64,000 nucleotides of DNA from an uncultured Pseudomonadota bacterium (GCA_902793005.1 CADBBQ010000002.1:131243-195242); one strand, 5' to 3'; shown: positions 34,234 through 43,308, counted from the stretch's first letter. The notes: generated by a model from the letters alone, not told the origin. Translations and numbers: made by a program.

Positions 34234-36168
34234 ATGAATGTCTGTGTAAATTATAACGATAAACGCTGGAAAAAATACGATATTGATTTTGAAAAAATCG
34301 CAAATATGGTCGTTGGTAAAAAATACGCCGATGCCGAGGTTTCAATTACCCTGACCGATGATGCGGAAATACACGCGTTGAATAAAATGTATCGTAATAT
34401 TGACAAGCCTACAAATGTGTTGTCTTTTGAATTGGGTGATGATGTTTTGTTGGGTGATATTTATATATCGTTGGATACTGTCCTGCGCGAGGCAGATGAT
34501 GCGCATATTTCTGTTGCGGCGCATACGGCACATATGGTTGTGCACGGGATGTTTCATTTGTTGGGGTATGATCATTTGACCGATGCCCAGGCGCGGGTTA
34601 TGGAATCAAAAGAAATTAAAGTCTTGAAAAAGTTAGGAATAAAAAATCCGTATGCGGATGAAGAAGATACTTTTGTGTGGTGGAAATATTTGGTGTTGGC
34701 TGTGTTTGGCGGCTTGGCGTCATTTGGTTTTGCACCATTTAATTTGTGGTGGTTGACTTTGTTATCCGTGGCGGGTGCTTATTGGTTGTTATGTTCCGGG
34801 GCGGGGCGTGTTGGTTTTTGGCGTGCCTGGTGGCGTGCGGTGCCGTTTGGTGCGATGTATGCAATATCTATGTTTTGGTGGTCGTTGCATTCTATTTACG
34901 TTGTGCCGGAATTGGCGCGTCAATTTGCAGTATGGACCGTACCTGGTTTAATTGGGATAGGTTTGGTCGGGGCGATTATATTTACAATTCCGTTTGTATT
35001 GACATCGTGTATATACATTAAATCTGGGGCAAAACCAATTTTGTTTGCGGGGGCGTGGACATCTGTTTTGTGGTTGCGTGAATGGTTGTTTACTGGATTT
35101 CCGTGGAATCCGATTGCGAATATCGCGATGCCGTATTCGTTGATTGCGAATTCGATGTCGGTGTTTGGTGCGTTGGGATTGACTTTTGTTGTTATTGGAT
35201 TGATTGCGTCCGTGGTTCAAATGTTGTGTGACCGGAAAAATGTTGTGCTGCGCTGGGTGTTTTTATTTTTTGTATTGTTGTTGGGTGGTGGAATTATTGG
35301 TGCACATAACAATATTAAATTGTCAAATTTGGGCGACGGGGATGTTCGTGTGCGTGTTGTGCAACCTGCGACAACACAGGAAAAAAAGATTTCTTTATCG
35401 CGTGTGGATGCATTAAATCAGGCAAAAAATAGAGTTCAATACTTGACAGAATTGGCGGGTGATGTATCAAATGTTGATTTTGTTGTTTATCCTGAAACCT
35501 CTTATCCTTTTGTATTGCTGCGCGATGATGTTGTGCCAATTGCGGCCTCTTTGCATAAAAATATTGCGATTGGTGCGACGGTGTATGATGATGGGCGTGT
35601 GTATAATTCGCTGGTTATGGCGGGGGCAGATGGCGCAATAGCGGATGTGTATAACAAATCGCATTTGGTGCCATTTGGTGAATATGGCCCAATTAAATTT
35701 GTGCCGGCACCGGCTAATTTAACGGCGGGTGATGGTGCGCGTGTTATGTCGGTTGCGGGTGATGATGCGCGCAAGTTTGTTTTTGCACCGGCGGTATGTT
35801 ATGAAATTATATTTTCTGATGCGGTTGTAAAACAATCTGGGGTTGATGCAATAATCAATATTACAAATGATACTTGGTTTGGAAAAACGCCGGGTACATA
35901 CCAGCATTTGGATATGGTGCGGCGCGCGGCCATAGAATCCGGTGTGCCGGTAATCCGTGCAAATTATTCCGGGGTCAGTGCCTTTGTTGGTGCGGACGGA
36001 AAAATTATATCACAATTGCCGGTTGGTGAAATTGGAATATTGAATGGAACGGTTCGTGGTGCACATATGACTTTATATCGTATGTTGGGGCGCGATGCGT
36101 GGATGTTTATAATATTCTTAGTTGCGTTTTTTGCCGGATTTATTGCATATAGAGCCGATAAAGAATAA
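34234..36168 (+). CDS. single ORF combining endoribonuclease YbeY (N-terminal ~146 aa) and apolipoprotein N-acyltransferase Lnt
   Basis: The YbeY part has NVLSFE...GDIYIS...HGMFHLLGYDH. It continues without a stop into the Lnt TM domain (LASFGFAPFNLWWLTL) and the CN-hydrolase domain (VVYPETSYPF, KSHLVPFGEY, APAVCYEIIF). Confidence 0.8.
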   Translation: MNVCVNYNDKRWKKYDIDFEKIANMVVGKKYADAEVSITLTDDAEIHALNKMYRNIDKPTNVLSFELGDDVLLGDIYISLDTVLREADDAHISVAAHTAHMVVHGMFHLLGYDHLTDAQARVMESKEIKVLKKLGIKNPYADEEDTFVWWKYLVLAVFGGLASFGFAPFNLWWLTLLSVAGAYWLLCSGAGRVGFWRAWWRAVPFGAMYAISMFWWSLHSIYVVPELARQFAVWTVPGLIGIGLVGAIIFTIPFVLTSCIYIKSGAKPILFAGAWTSVLWLREWLFTGFPWNPIANIAMPYSLIANSMSVFGALGLTFVVIGLIASVVQMLCDRKNVVLRWVFLFFVLLLGGGIIGAHNNIKLSNLGDGDVRVRVVQPATTQEKKISLSRVDALNQAKNRVQYLTELAGDVSNVDFVVYPETSYPFVLLRDDVVPIAASLHKNIAIGATVYDDGRVYNSLVMAGADGAIADVYNKSHLVPFGEYGPIKFVPAPANLTAGDGARVMSVAGDDARKFVFAPAVCYEIIFSDAVVKQSGVDAIINITNDTWFGKTPGTYQHLDMVRRAAIESGVPVIRANYSGVSAFVGADGKIISQLPVGEIGILNGTVRGAHMTLYRMLGRDAWMFIIFLVAFFAGFIAYRADKE

Positions 36169-36176
36169 TTAAAATT

Positions 36177-36380
36177 TTATTTTTTAATATTTTTTAATAT
36201 CCAAACGCGTATTGCCGATGACAGGTTTGTGTCGGGGGTGCGTGTTTGGTCTATGTGTGAAATAATTGATGCCACGGATTTGTTTTGATTTCGTGCTATG
36301 TGCATTAATTCTGCGATAAATTCAGGTTCCAGTGAAATGCTGGTTTGGTGGCCAGATAATGATACAGATAATTTTTTCAT
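36177..36380 (-). CDS. ribbon-helix-helix domain protein (RHH_4-like)
   Basis: MKKLSVSLSGHQTSISLEPEFIAELMHIARNQNKSVASIISHID. The start ATG at 36380 overlaps the upstream stop (TAATG). Confidence 0.6.
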   Translation of the reverse strand: MKKLSVSLSGHQTSISLEPEFIAELMHIARNQNKSVASIISHIDQTRTPDTNLSSAIRVWILKNIKK

Positions 36381-36814
36381 TATAACTTTCCCCCCATCAA
36401 GCAATCGTATAATGCGCGATATGCGTCGTCGTATTTACGCAAAACATTGCCGTTTATATTGTTTAACATATAATATGTTCCAAACGCATCAAACGCGAAC
36501 CAGAATAAATCGTTTCGTGCAAAAACAGTTTTGTTTTTTAATGATGGTATATTTTGTAAATCTTGATTTATATGAACAATGTCGGGAATTGGAAAATTTA
36601 CGCCGTTTGGTAATTCGGTGGGACCAAACATATATCCCGATCCCAGATTTATTCCGGCGGTTTGCATATATAAAGAAATTATTTGATTTGGTATCATCGC
36701 GCATTTTTTTTGTTGCAGATTCGAATTTGCAAATTCAATTGCACGCGTATTCGAGGGCCCCCAAATTAATGCGCCCTTGGATTTAATAGTTGTTATGAAT
36801 TCTTGCAATGTCAT
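36380..36814 (-). CDS. SUKH (SMI1/KNR4)-like protein, possible immunity protein
   Basis: The start is taken at MTLQEF (ATG 36814), 4 nt after the upstream stop. IEFANSNLQQKKCAMIPNQIISLYMQTAG and FARNDLFWFAFDAFGTYYML resemble the SUKH N- and C-terminal signatures. Confidence 0.45.
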   Translation of the reverse strand: MTLQEFITTIKSKGALIWGPSNTRAIEFANSNLQQKKCAMIPNQIISLYMQTAGINLGSGYMFGPTELPNGVNFPIPDIVHINQDLQNIPSLKNKTVFARNDLFWFAFDAFGTYYMLNNINGNVLRKYDDAYRALYDCLMGGKL

Positions 36815-36818
36815 ATCG

Positions 36819-37328
36819 TTATCCCAAAGAGTTGTCGTTTGCAATTTGTGCCGCCATTTGCGCCAATCGGTCAGATGTCGCGTTCCCGCCCGCACCACCG
36901 GATGCGGTGTGGGTTGGAATATATATCGCGTGCGCAGGATTGGGTAGCCATATTGTTTCGTTCCCTGATTGTTCCATTATAAATCGGTCCAGTCGATGCG
37001 AATGTGGAAATGTTCGACATAAAAACATATTTTCGATTGATAATTCGCCACCAATTGTAATTGGTATGCGCCAACGAATTGATGTGTTGCGCGGTAATGC
37101 GCGTCCGGTAACTAAATTCATAAATTCGTTTTGTGATAAATTCATAAATGCCAATTCGGTTGCACAATCGGTCAGTGTTTCCATAAATTTGTGTGCCAAT
37201 TCGTGATATGTTTGAAACCAATTTGGTGGTAATTTTGCGGCCTTTGGGGTGTATTCCATAACCGGCATATCATCCATCCCCAGTTCTGATATTCTTGCAA
37301 TAGCCGCCGTTTCAGATATTTTCATCAC
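36819..37328 (-). CDS. 169-aa protein with degenerate HNH-like (beta-beta-alpha-Me) spacing
   Basis: RWRIPITIGGELSIENMFLCRTFPHSH aligns residue-for-residue in spacing with HHIIPLSKGGSNDISNLVLLCPNCH, but W-R replaces H-H. The ATGA overlaps the upstream gene. Confidence 0.5.
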   Translation of the reverse strand: MMKISETAAIARISELGMDDMPVMEYTPKAAKLPPNWFQTYHELAHKFMETLTDCATELAFMNLSQNEFMNLVTGRALPRNTSIRWRIPITIGGELSIENMFLCRTFPHSHRLDRFIMEQSGNETIWLPNPAHAIYIPTHTASGGAGGNATSDRLAQMAAQIANDNSLG

Positions 37329-38251
37329 TTGTTCCCCAGATATGTTATAACCGTTTCAATGTATCCACGAAATGCGTCCATATTTTCGGATTCGTCATCT
37401 GTGTCGGATTCGGGTTCGTTTGGATTTTCGTTTATTGTGTTTGATAATTCATCCAATGATGCGAAATCTAATATTGCGTCAACGTGGTCAGAATCCGTCG
37501 GATTTATGATAAATGCATTTATGTCGATTTCAATGTCTTCCAATGTTTCTTGGAATACGGATTTGAAAGCCAACATAACATTTGCCATCTGCTCGTGCGA
37601 TATATCGGATGCCCCCAACCATAATGTTTCATTTGCACCCAATGCAATTAATGAAATTTCGGTGTTTGATATTTTTTTAGGATTCAGAACTGTATAATAA
37701 TTTTTTTCAAAAATTTCCCGGATTTCGTGCACATAGCGCGGTTTTTTTGTTTCTGTTTTTTGTGGTTGTTTTGTGTGTTGTTGTTGTGATGTGTCTTGTT
37801 TTTTATGTGGTGGTGTGGTCAATGGCATTTGTATGTGCAGGCGTGGTGGACGCTGAATCATTGGGGTGGGGGTGGGTGTGGTTGTTTGCACTTGTTCCAT
37901 AACAGGGGCGGGTTCAATATTGGTTGTTTCGGGTTGAGGCTCGGTGGTTTGGGGTGCCACATTTTGGGTGGGCTGGGTATTTTTTGATGGTATAATTATT
38001 TTGCGAAAACGGGGGCGGAACAATGCGTATAACCCGAAAATTGCCATTATTATTGTCAATGTTATGGCAATATAAAACCCAGTGTCGATTTGTTGGCCGG
38101 TTGCCTGGGCGGTGGCGACATATTGCCAATGGGTGGATGAAAACATATTAAAGTTATATAATGTGTTTAATGTAAAATCCAATACCAGCACCGTGGCCAT
38201 ACACCACAGTGTGCCCAATAAAATATAATTTATGCGTTCGTGTAATTTCAT
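37325..38251 (-). CDS. membrane protein with Pro/Thr/Gln-rich linker and acidic C-terminal domain
   Basis: Two TM segments (ILLGTLWCMATVLVLDF, FYIAITLTIIMAIFGLYALF), a P/T/Q-rich linker of about 90 aa, and a globular C-terminus of about 130 aa. Confidence 0.6.
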   Translation of the reverse strand: MKLHERINYILLGTLWCMATVLVLDFTLNTLYNFNMFSSTHWQYVATAQATGQQIDTGFYIAITLTIIMAIFGLYALFRPRFRKIIIPSKNTQPTQNVAPQTTEPQPETTNIEPAPVMEQVQTTTPTPTPMIQRPPRLHIQMPLTTPPHKKQDTSQQQHTKQPQKTETKKPRYVHEIREIFEKNYYTVLNPKKISNTEISLIALGANETLWLGASDISHEQMANVMLAFKSVFQETLEDIEIDINAFIINPTDSDHVDAILDFASLDELSNTINENPNEPESDTDDESENMDAFRGYIETVITYLGNK

Positions 38252-38259
38252 TTGTTTTA

Positions 38260-38268
38260 ATTATATCA
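38260..38268 (-). promoter_or_regulatory. extended -10 promoter (TGaTATAAT on minus strand), near-leaderless operon transcript
   Basis: The reverse complement of ATTATATCA is TGATATAAT. The ATG at 38251 begins 9 nt after the -10. Confidence 0.45.
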
Positions 38269-38293
38269 TATTTGTGATAAAGTAAAAAGTATT

Positions 38294-38965
38294 ATGATAG
38301 ATATACATCAAGTTTTTGAAAATGAAAATGTGGCTAAATCGGTATCGTTGTGGTTGGATGCGGATGGTGATGCGTCTGATTTGGCAGGGGCGGCGGAGTA
38401 TGCGGTAAATGCCCATATTGGTATGTTGTCAGTTGCACCACAAAATGTGCCGGTTGTTTGGCCGTGGGTCGAAAAATTTAATGTTAAAATTATCCCCAGG
38501 TTTTTTGTTGAAAATGTTTTGATTGATACAATGTCGGGACTGGGGATGTCGATAAATTCTGCGTTCAAGCAGGGGGCCGACGGTGCCCAGGTTATTGTTA
38601 AATTAAATGATCTAGAAAAGTTTACCGATTCGTTGGCGCCTGTGCGGGACGATTTGTTTTTTAAAAAACAATTGTCTGTGGGATTTGATGTGTTTGAAAT
38701 TTGGCCGCTGGATTGGGAAAATGTTTTTGCGGCATTAAATAAGTTGCGTGCGACATCTTTGTTGTTGGTATTGACGACGGACGCGGGGGATAAATCTGAT
38801 TTTATGGGACGTATTTATGGCGCATTGGAAAATTGGGATGCGCCGGATGCGGAATTGCATATTATGTTAGGAAACAGTTTTTATCGTGCCGAACAAGTTT
38901 ATCGTTTGGTTGCAAAGATGAAGCCGGAATTGTTGGATAAATTACGTTTCTTGGTTAATTATTGA
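38294..38965 (+). CDS. hypothetical protein (223 aa)
   Basis: Clean ORF with host-like codon usage. There is faint resemblance to a DeoC-like aldolase barrel (MLSVAPQNVPVVWPWV...KQGADGAQVIVKL), which is not enough for a call. Confidence 0.5.
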   Translation: MIDIHQVFENENVAKSVSLWLDADGDASDLAGAAEYAVNAHIGMLSVAPQNVPVVWPWVEKFNVKIIPRFFVENVLIDTMSGLGMSINSAFKQGADGAQVIVKLNDLEKFTDSLAPVRDDLFFKKQLSVGFDVFEIWPLDWENVFAALNKLRATSLLLVLTTDAGDKSDFMGRIYGALENWDAPDAELHIMLGNSFYRAEQVYRLVAKMKPELLDKLRFLVNY

Positions 38966-39597
38966 TTTGTTAAAATTATATATTTTGGTGCGTTAGTGCC
39001 GGCCATATTTTTTTTGGCATATCGTGTATGTATCACAGAAAGTGGCGGAAACGATGCATATAGCGCGGTTTTTTTAGCCTGGTCTGTTATCCAATCAAAA
39101 TATTCCCAATGGTCCGTGCCGATGATGATTTGTCCGTGTGGCGCCAGTTTCGTCCCCAATAAATTTAAAAAATCGGCATTTAGTAAACGACGTTTTTCGT
39201 GTTTGGCCTTGGGCCAGGGGTCGGGGTGCAAAACCCAGATTTCGTTAAATTTTGCGTCCAATTCATTAAACATTTTTCGAACATCGTCTGGCCAAATGCG
39301 AATGTTTTTATATTCGTCCATAATTTTATTGTCCGATTCGGTTGTTATTGCCGATAATAATGCCGCCACACCGTTCATAAATGGTTCGGCACCAATAATA
39401 ATCGTTTCAGGATTGCGAATCGCCAAATCACGCACGTGCTCGCCATTACCAAAACCAATTTCCAAAATTAAATTCCCGGCATTTTTGATGTTTTTTGGCG
39501 AAATGGCCGGCAAAACATTCGCCAATAACGATTGTTTTCGTGGCGATAATTTTTTACCGTGACGGCGACCAAATGTTCTTATTTCTTGTTTTTCCAT
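38959..39597 (-). CDS. trmB: tRNA (guanine46-N7)-methyltransferase
   Basis: The start is taken at MEKQEIRTFGRRHGKKLSPRKQ (ATG 39597). LILEIGFGNGEH is the SAM motif, followed by WPDPWPKAKHEKRRL. The 98 upstream ORF codons look non-coding. Confidence 0.9.
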   Translation of the reverse strand: MEKQEIRTFGRRHGKKLSPRKQSLLANVLPAISPKNIKNAGNLILEIGFGNGEHVRDLAIRNPETIIIGAEPFMNGVAALLSAITTESDNKIMDEYKNIRIWPDDVRKMFNELDAKFNEIWVLHPDPWPKAKHEKRRLLNADFLNLLGTKLAPHGQIIIGTDHWEYFDWITDQAKKTALYASFPPLSVIHTRYAKKNMAGTNAPKYIILTNQ

Positions 39598-39643
39598 ATA
39601 ATTAGTATAGAATCGGTTTGTTATAAACACAAGGAAAACGAAA

Positions 39644-41221
39644 ATGCGAAACGGATTAAAGCCAGAATTAATTGAACGTGTTTTGGGCGGGAAACCCAAA
39701 TATACTTTACCGGAATTAGAGGAAAAATTCCCACCACGTGATTTGCCAGATGGGGCTTTTGTTACCCGATTCGCACCAAGTCCAACTGGCTTTATGCACA
39801 TTGGTGGTTTGTACCAGGTTTTGATTAACACGAAATTAGCGCAACAAACAAATGGTGTTTTTATGTTGCGTATCGAGGATACAGATACCAAGCGCGAGGT
39901 TAAAGATGCGGTTCAAATTATCGTTGATTCTTTGGCGCAATTTGGTTTGCAATATAATAATGATGAAAAATATGGGCCGTATTATCAGTCGCAACGCAAA
40001 GACATTTATCATTCGGTGGCGGCGGATTTATTGGCGCGGGGGTTGGCGTATCCGTGTTTTTTAACGGCCACTGATATGGAAGAAATCAGAGCAAAACAAT
40101 CGGCGGCGGGTTTCCCAACCGGAATTTATGGCGAATTTGCACGCGATAGGGATTTAACAGAAGCGGACATTGTTGCGCATCTGGATAATGGCGAAGTTCC
40201 GTCGATTCGTTTGTATTCAACCGGTAATCCCAATCAACGCATTTTTTGCAAAGATGCGGTTCGTGGTTCAATTTCTTTTCCGGAAAATAATGAAGATTTG
40301 GTTTTAATTAAATCAAATGATGGATTGCCGACATATCATTTTGCGCACTTGTGCGATGACCATTTTATGCGGACTACACACGTTGTGCGTGGGGCCGAAT
40401 GGTTGTCGTCTTTGCCATTGCATTATCAATTATTCCGTATGATGGGATGGACACCGCCAATGTATATTCATACATCAACATTGGATACAATTGACAAGGA
40501 TACAGGTAAACAACGTAAATTGTCCAAGCGGCACGATCCGGAATCCAATGTTGCAAATTTATTGGCGTCTGGGTGGCCAACTAATGCTGTGTTGGAGTAT
40601 TTGTTTAATATTATTGCATCAGGATATGAAGAGGCAAAATTAAAAGGTGCAGTGAACAGTATATGGGATTATGAATTTAAACCCAAAAAGATTCCAATGT
40701 CGGGCGCGTTGTTTGATATGAAAAAATTAGAGTGGTGGGCCAAAGAAAATATCGCACAAATGTCGGTTTCGGATTTGGTAAATAATGTTGTTGCCTGGAC
40801 ACAAAAATACGGAGAATCAATGCATATAGCGCAGGTTTCCGACGTCGATTATTTGACACGTGTTTTGTCGATTGAACGCGATAATCCAAAACGCATACGC
40901 AAAGATTTTATTACGTGGCGTCAGACATTAGATGAGGTTGCGTATTTCTGGGATGAATTTTTCAAACCGAATCGCGATTTTGAATTTAATCGTGATTTAT
41001 TAAATGCGTTTTTATCGACATTTAATATTGCGGACGACAAGGATACTTGGTGGAATAAAATCGTTGCGATTGCAAATGCGGCGGGTGTTAAAAATGGTGA
41101 TGTTGCAATGAATTTGCGCGTGGCGTTAACGGGACGCACAAATACACCGGATTTATATTCGATTATGCAAGTTATGGGAGAGAAAAGAGTTTTATCAAGA
41201 GTGCAGGGGGCATTAAAATAA
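39644..41221 (+). CDS. gltX: glutamate--tRNA ligase
   Basis: TRFAPSPTGFMHIGGL (HIGH) and KLSKR (KMSKS). Confidence 0.92.
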   Translation: MRNGLKPELIERVLGGKPKYTLPELEEKFPPRDLPDGAFVTRFAPSPTGFMHIGGLYQVLINTKLAQQTNGVFMLRIEDTDTKREVKDAVQIIVDSLAQFGLQYNNDEKYGPYYQSQRKDIYHSVAADLLARGLAYPCFLTATDMEEIRAKQSAAGFPTGIYGEFARDRDLTEADIVAHLDNGEVPSIRLYSTGNPNQRIFCKDAVRGSISFPENNEDLVLIKSNDGLPTYHFAHLCDDHFMRTTHVVRGAEWLSSLPLHYQLFRMMGWTPPMYIHTSTLDTIDKDTGKQRKLSKRHDPESNVANLLASGWPTNAVLEYLFNIIASGYEEAKLKGAVNSIWDYEFKPKKIPMSGALFDMKKLEWWAKENIAQMSVSDLVNNVVAWTQKYGESMHIAQVSDVDYLTRVLSIERDNPKRIRKDFITWRQTLDEVAYFWDEFFKPNRDFEFNRDLLNAFLSTFNIADDKDTWWNKIVAIANAAGVKNGDVAMNLRVALTGRTNTPDLYSIMQVMGEKRVLSRVQGALK

Positions 41222-41222
41222 A

Positions 41223-42002
41223 ATGAAAAAATCAAGACGAGAGGTCAGAACAAAGTTAAAGGCCGTTAAAAAAAATAAGGAAGCGTCGCGGATGCTGCGT
41301 TTCTTGCAATCGACGGGTTTGTTCCGGTGGGAGCGTCCATCAACACACACAGAAGAATTTTTTAATATTTTAACACACGGAATTGGTATAGGACTTGCAA
41401 TTGCGGGATTGGCGATGTTGGTGTCTTATGCGGTGCTGTATCATAATGTGTGGGCAATTGTGTCGTGTGCAATATTTGGCGCAACAATGTGCACATTATA
41501 TTTTGGTTCAACAATGTGCCACGCGATGATTGGTGAACGCAGTGAATGTTTTTTCGAGGTCTGGGACAGTATCGCAATTTATGCGTTGATTGCCGGAACA
41601 TATACGCCGTTTTTATTGGTGAATTTAAATCGTTGTCATCATATGGGCTTGGGCTGGTCTATGTTTGGTGTGTTGTGGGCGATTGTTATTTTCGGTGCGA
41701 TTATGAAAATTAAAAGTCCAAAGAGACAACCAAAATGGATGGTTGGGTTGTATTTAATTATGGGTTGGGCTTTGATTTGGATTTTGCCAGCGATGATTGA
41801 AACGATATCTGCGCGCGGTATGTGGTTTATTTTGGCGGGCGGTTTGTCGTATTCGGTTGGTGTGATATTTTACCTGTGGCGTAAAATGCGTTTTTCACAC
41901 GCGTTGTGGCATTTGTTTGTGATTGGTGGAACGGTGTGTTTTTTCTTTGCAGTATTATACGGCAGCATTATCGATTTCCCAACCGTTGTATGTTTGATGT
42001 GA
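41223..42002 (+). CDS. hemolysin III / PAQR family membrane protein
   Basis: EEFFNILTHGIGIGLAI...HAMIG...DSIAIYALIAGTYTPF...SHALWHLFVIGG across seven TM segments. Confidence 0.85.
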   Translation: MKKSRREVRTKLKAVKKNKEASRMLRFLQSTGLFRWERPSTHTEEFFNILTHGIGIGLAIAGLAMLVSYAVLYHNVWAIVSCAIFGATMCTLYFGSTMCHAMIGERSECFFEVWDSIAIYALIAGTYTPFLLVNLNRCHHMGLGWSMFGVLWAIVIFGAIMKIKSPKRQPKWMVGLYLIMGWALIWILPAMIETISARGMWFILAGGLSYSVGVIFYLWRKMRFSHALWHLFVIGGTVCFFFAVLYGSIIDFPTVVCLM

Positions 42003-42011
42003 GTGTAAAAT

Positions 42012-42046
42012 AAATCATCGCCCCAATCGGGGCGATGATTTATTTT
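42012..42046. terminator. bidirectional rho-independent terminator
   Basis: A 13-bp stem, AAATCATCGCCCC pairing with GGGGCGATGATTT, with flanking A and T runs. It overlaps the stop codon of the minus-strand gene. Confidence 0.8.
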
Positions 42047-43308
42047 ACACTGACGGTGAATTCATCGCCGTATGTTGCGACAACTTGGCCACCGATTGTG
42101 CATTTTAAATCTTCAAATCCGTTTTTGATTTGATTCTTTTTTACAATTTTACTGGTGATGATACCGCCGGCGGTGCCCAGCACCACGCCCGCGATTGAAT
42201 CAGACGCCAGGCGTGCCGTATTGAATTTACCTGCGTCGGTTTTCCATACGGATGAACCGGTAAAGAAATCGCGACCCTGTAAATAAGATATTTGTTCATC
42301 GATAGCGGAAAATACATCAAATTTTTGACACATTGTGCCAGGTTCGCATTCAAAACCGAGTGTTATTCCGTTGTTTGGATTTGGTGTGCCTGGCACAGGG
42401 ACGGACACGATTGGTGTTATTTCTGGTTTGCCATTATTGCATTTAAAAATTATTGCGACCGCATCGGTGTATTTGTCGCGTTCAGATTGAGGTATTTGTG
42501 AGTTGTTTATGTGCGTTAAATCAAACAGGTGTGGTGTTTTGTCATCATAATTGTCGCTAAAATTTGATTCGTTTTGTTTAATTATTTCATTGTTTTTGTT
42601 TTTATAAACGCTGGTTATGTTTCGAACAGGTGTTTTTATTAATGTTATTTTGTTGTCTGTGTCATCATATCCCGGTTTTGCACTTTCGGCCCAGTCAACA
42701 TTTTCAATGGTTTGGCCATCGGCAAACGTTAAATCACATCCTTTATCGTTTTGAGGACCAAGGACCGGGTCGGAATCTGGGGCGGGTTCTGTGTCGTTGT
42801 TCGATGTATTTTTTGTGCTATAGCAAATTTCGTCTGTGGCATCCAGGCCGTGCCAAGTAAATGTATGTAATTTACATTCTGTGCAATCAGGGCAAGTCGC
42901 ACACCATGTGTCGCACCAACTTTCATGTATGCAAACGCCTTGGGATTGATAGTCTTCATATGATTTGACATTTTTGGAACGTTTAGATGTGACCCATAAA
43001 AAATATCCAGGTTTACATTTTTTTGCAGTGCATCTTAATCCTTCAAGGCCATCAATAGTTTGACATTTGGCTTCGGCGGTTCCGGTTGTAGAGCAGCTAT
43101 CGTCTGCTCGTTTGTTTTGGCATGCATTTGTGCCACCAATGCTACCACCGTTGTTTTTCCAACAAAGCGTAGTGTTATTGTCGATTTGTTGGCATGCAGC
43201 GCCGTTTTTATCAGCACCCAATAACGATTGGTCGATATTGTCGGCAAATGATGGCGTGATGCAAAATGTGCCGAATATAATTGGAATAATAAATAATAAC
43301 TTTTTCAT
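42040..43308 (-). CDS. secreted Cys-rich protein with conserved C-terminal Gly-zipper anchor domain
   Basis: Signal peptide MKKLLFIIPIIFGTFCITPSFA and a Cys-rich N-terminal half of about 160 aa. The C-terminal 70 aa, SVWKTDAGKFNTARLASDSIAGVVLGTAGGIITSKIVKKNQIKNGFEDLKCTIGGQVVATYGDEFTVSVK, are paralogous to the C-terminus of 58343-59368. Confidence 0.7.
   Translation of the reverse strand: MKKLLFIIPIIFGTFCITPSFADNIDQSLLGADKNGAACQQIDNNTTLCWKNNGGSIGGTNACQNKRADDSCSTTGTAEAKCQTIDGLEGLRCTAKKCKPGYFLWVTSKRSKNVKSYEDYQSQGVCIHESWCDTWCATCPDCTECKLHTFTWHGLDATDEICYSTKNTSNNDTEPAPDSDPVLGPQNDKGCDLTFADGQTIENVDWAESAKPGYDDTDNKITLIKTPVRNITSVYKNKNNEIIKQNESNFSDNYDDKTPHLFDLTHINNSQIPQSERDKYTDAVAIIFKCNNGKPEITPIVSVPVPGTPNPNNGITLGFECEPGTMCQKFDVFSAIDEQISYLQGRDFFTGSSVWKTDAGKFNTARLASDSIAGVVLGTAGGIITSKIVKKNQIKNGFEDLKCTIGGQVVATYGDEFTVSVK

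Noticed and set aside
38294-38965. Assignment of the 223-aa ORF as a DeoC-like aldolase
   Set aside because: Only a vague resemblance in two short segments, and no identifiable catalytic Lys context. It is left as hypothetical.
39598-39891. Long N-terminal extensions of trmB (38959-39891), lptC-like (to 61818), the 61544 gene (from 61298), sufS (from 47888), trxB (to 13434) and dksA (to 47626)
   Set aside because: The extensions overlap divergent promoters or neighbouring genes. They lack family-conserved sequence, and internal ATGs with a Shine-Dalgarno coincide with the conserved protein N-termini.
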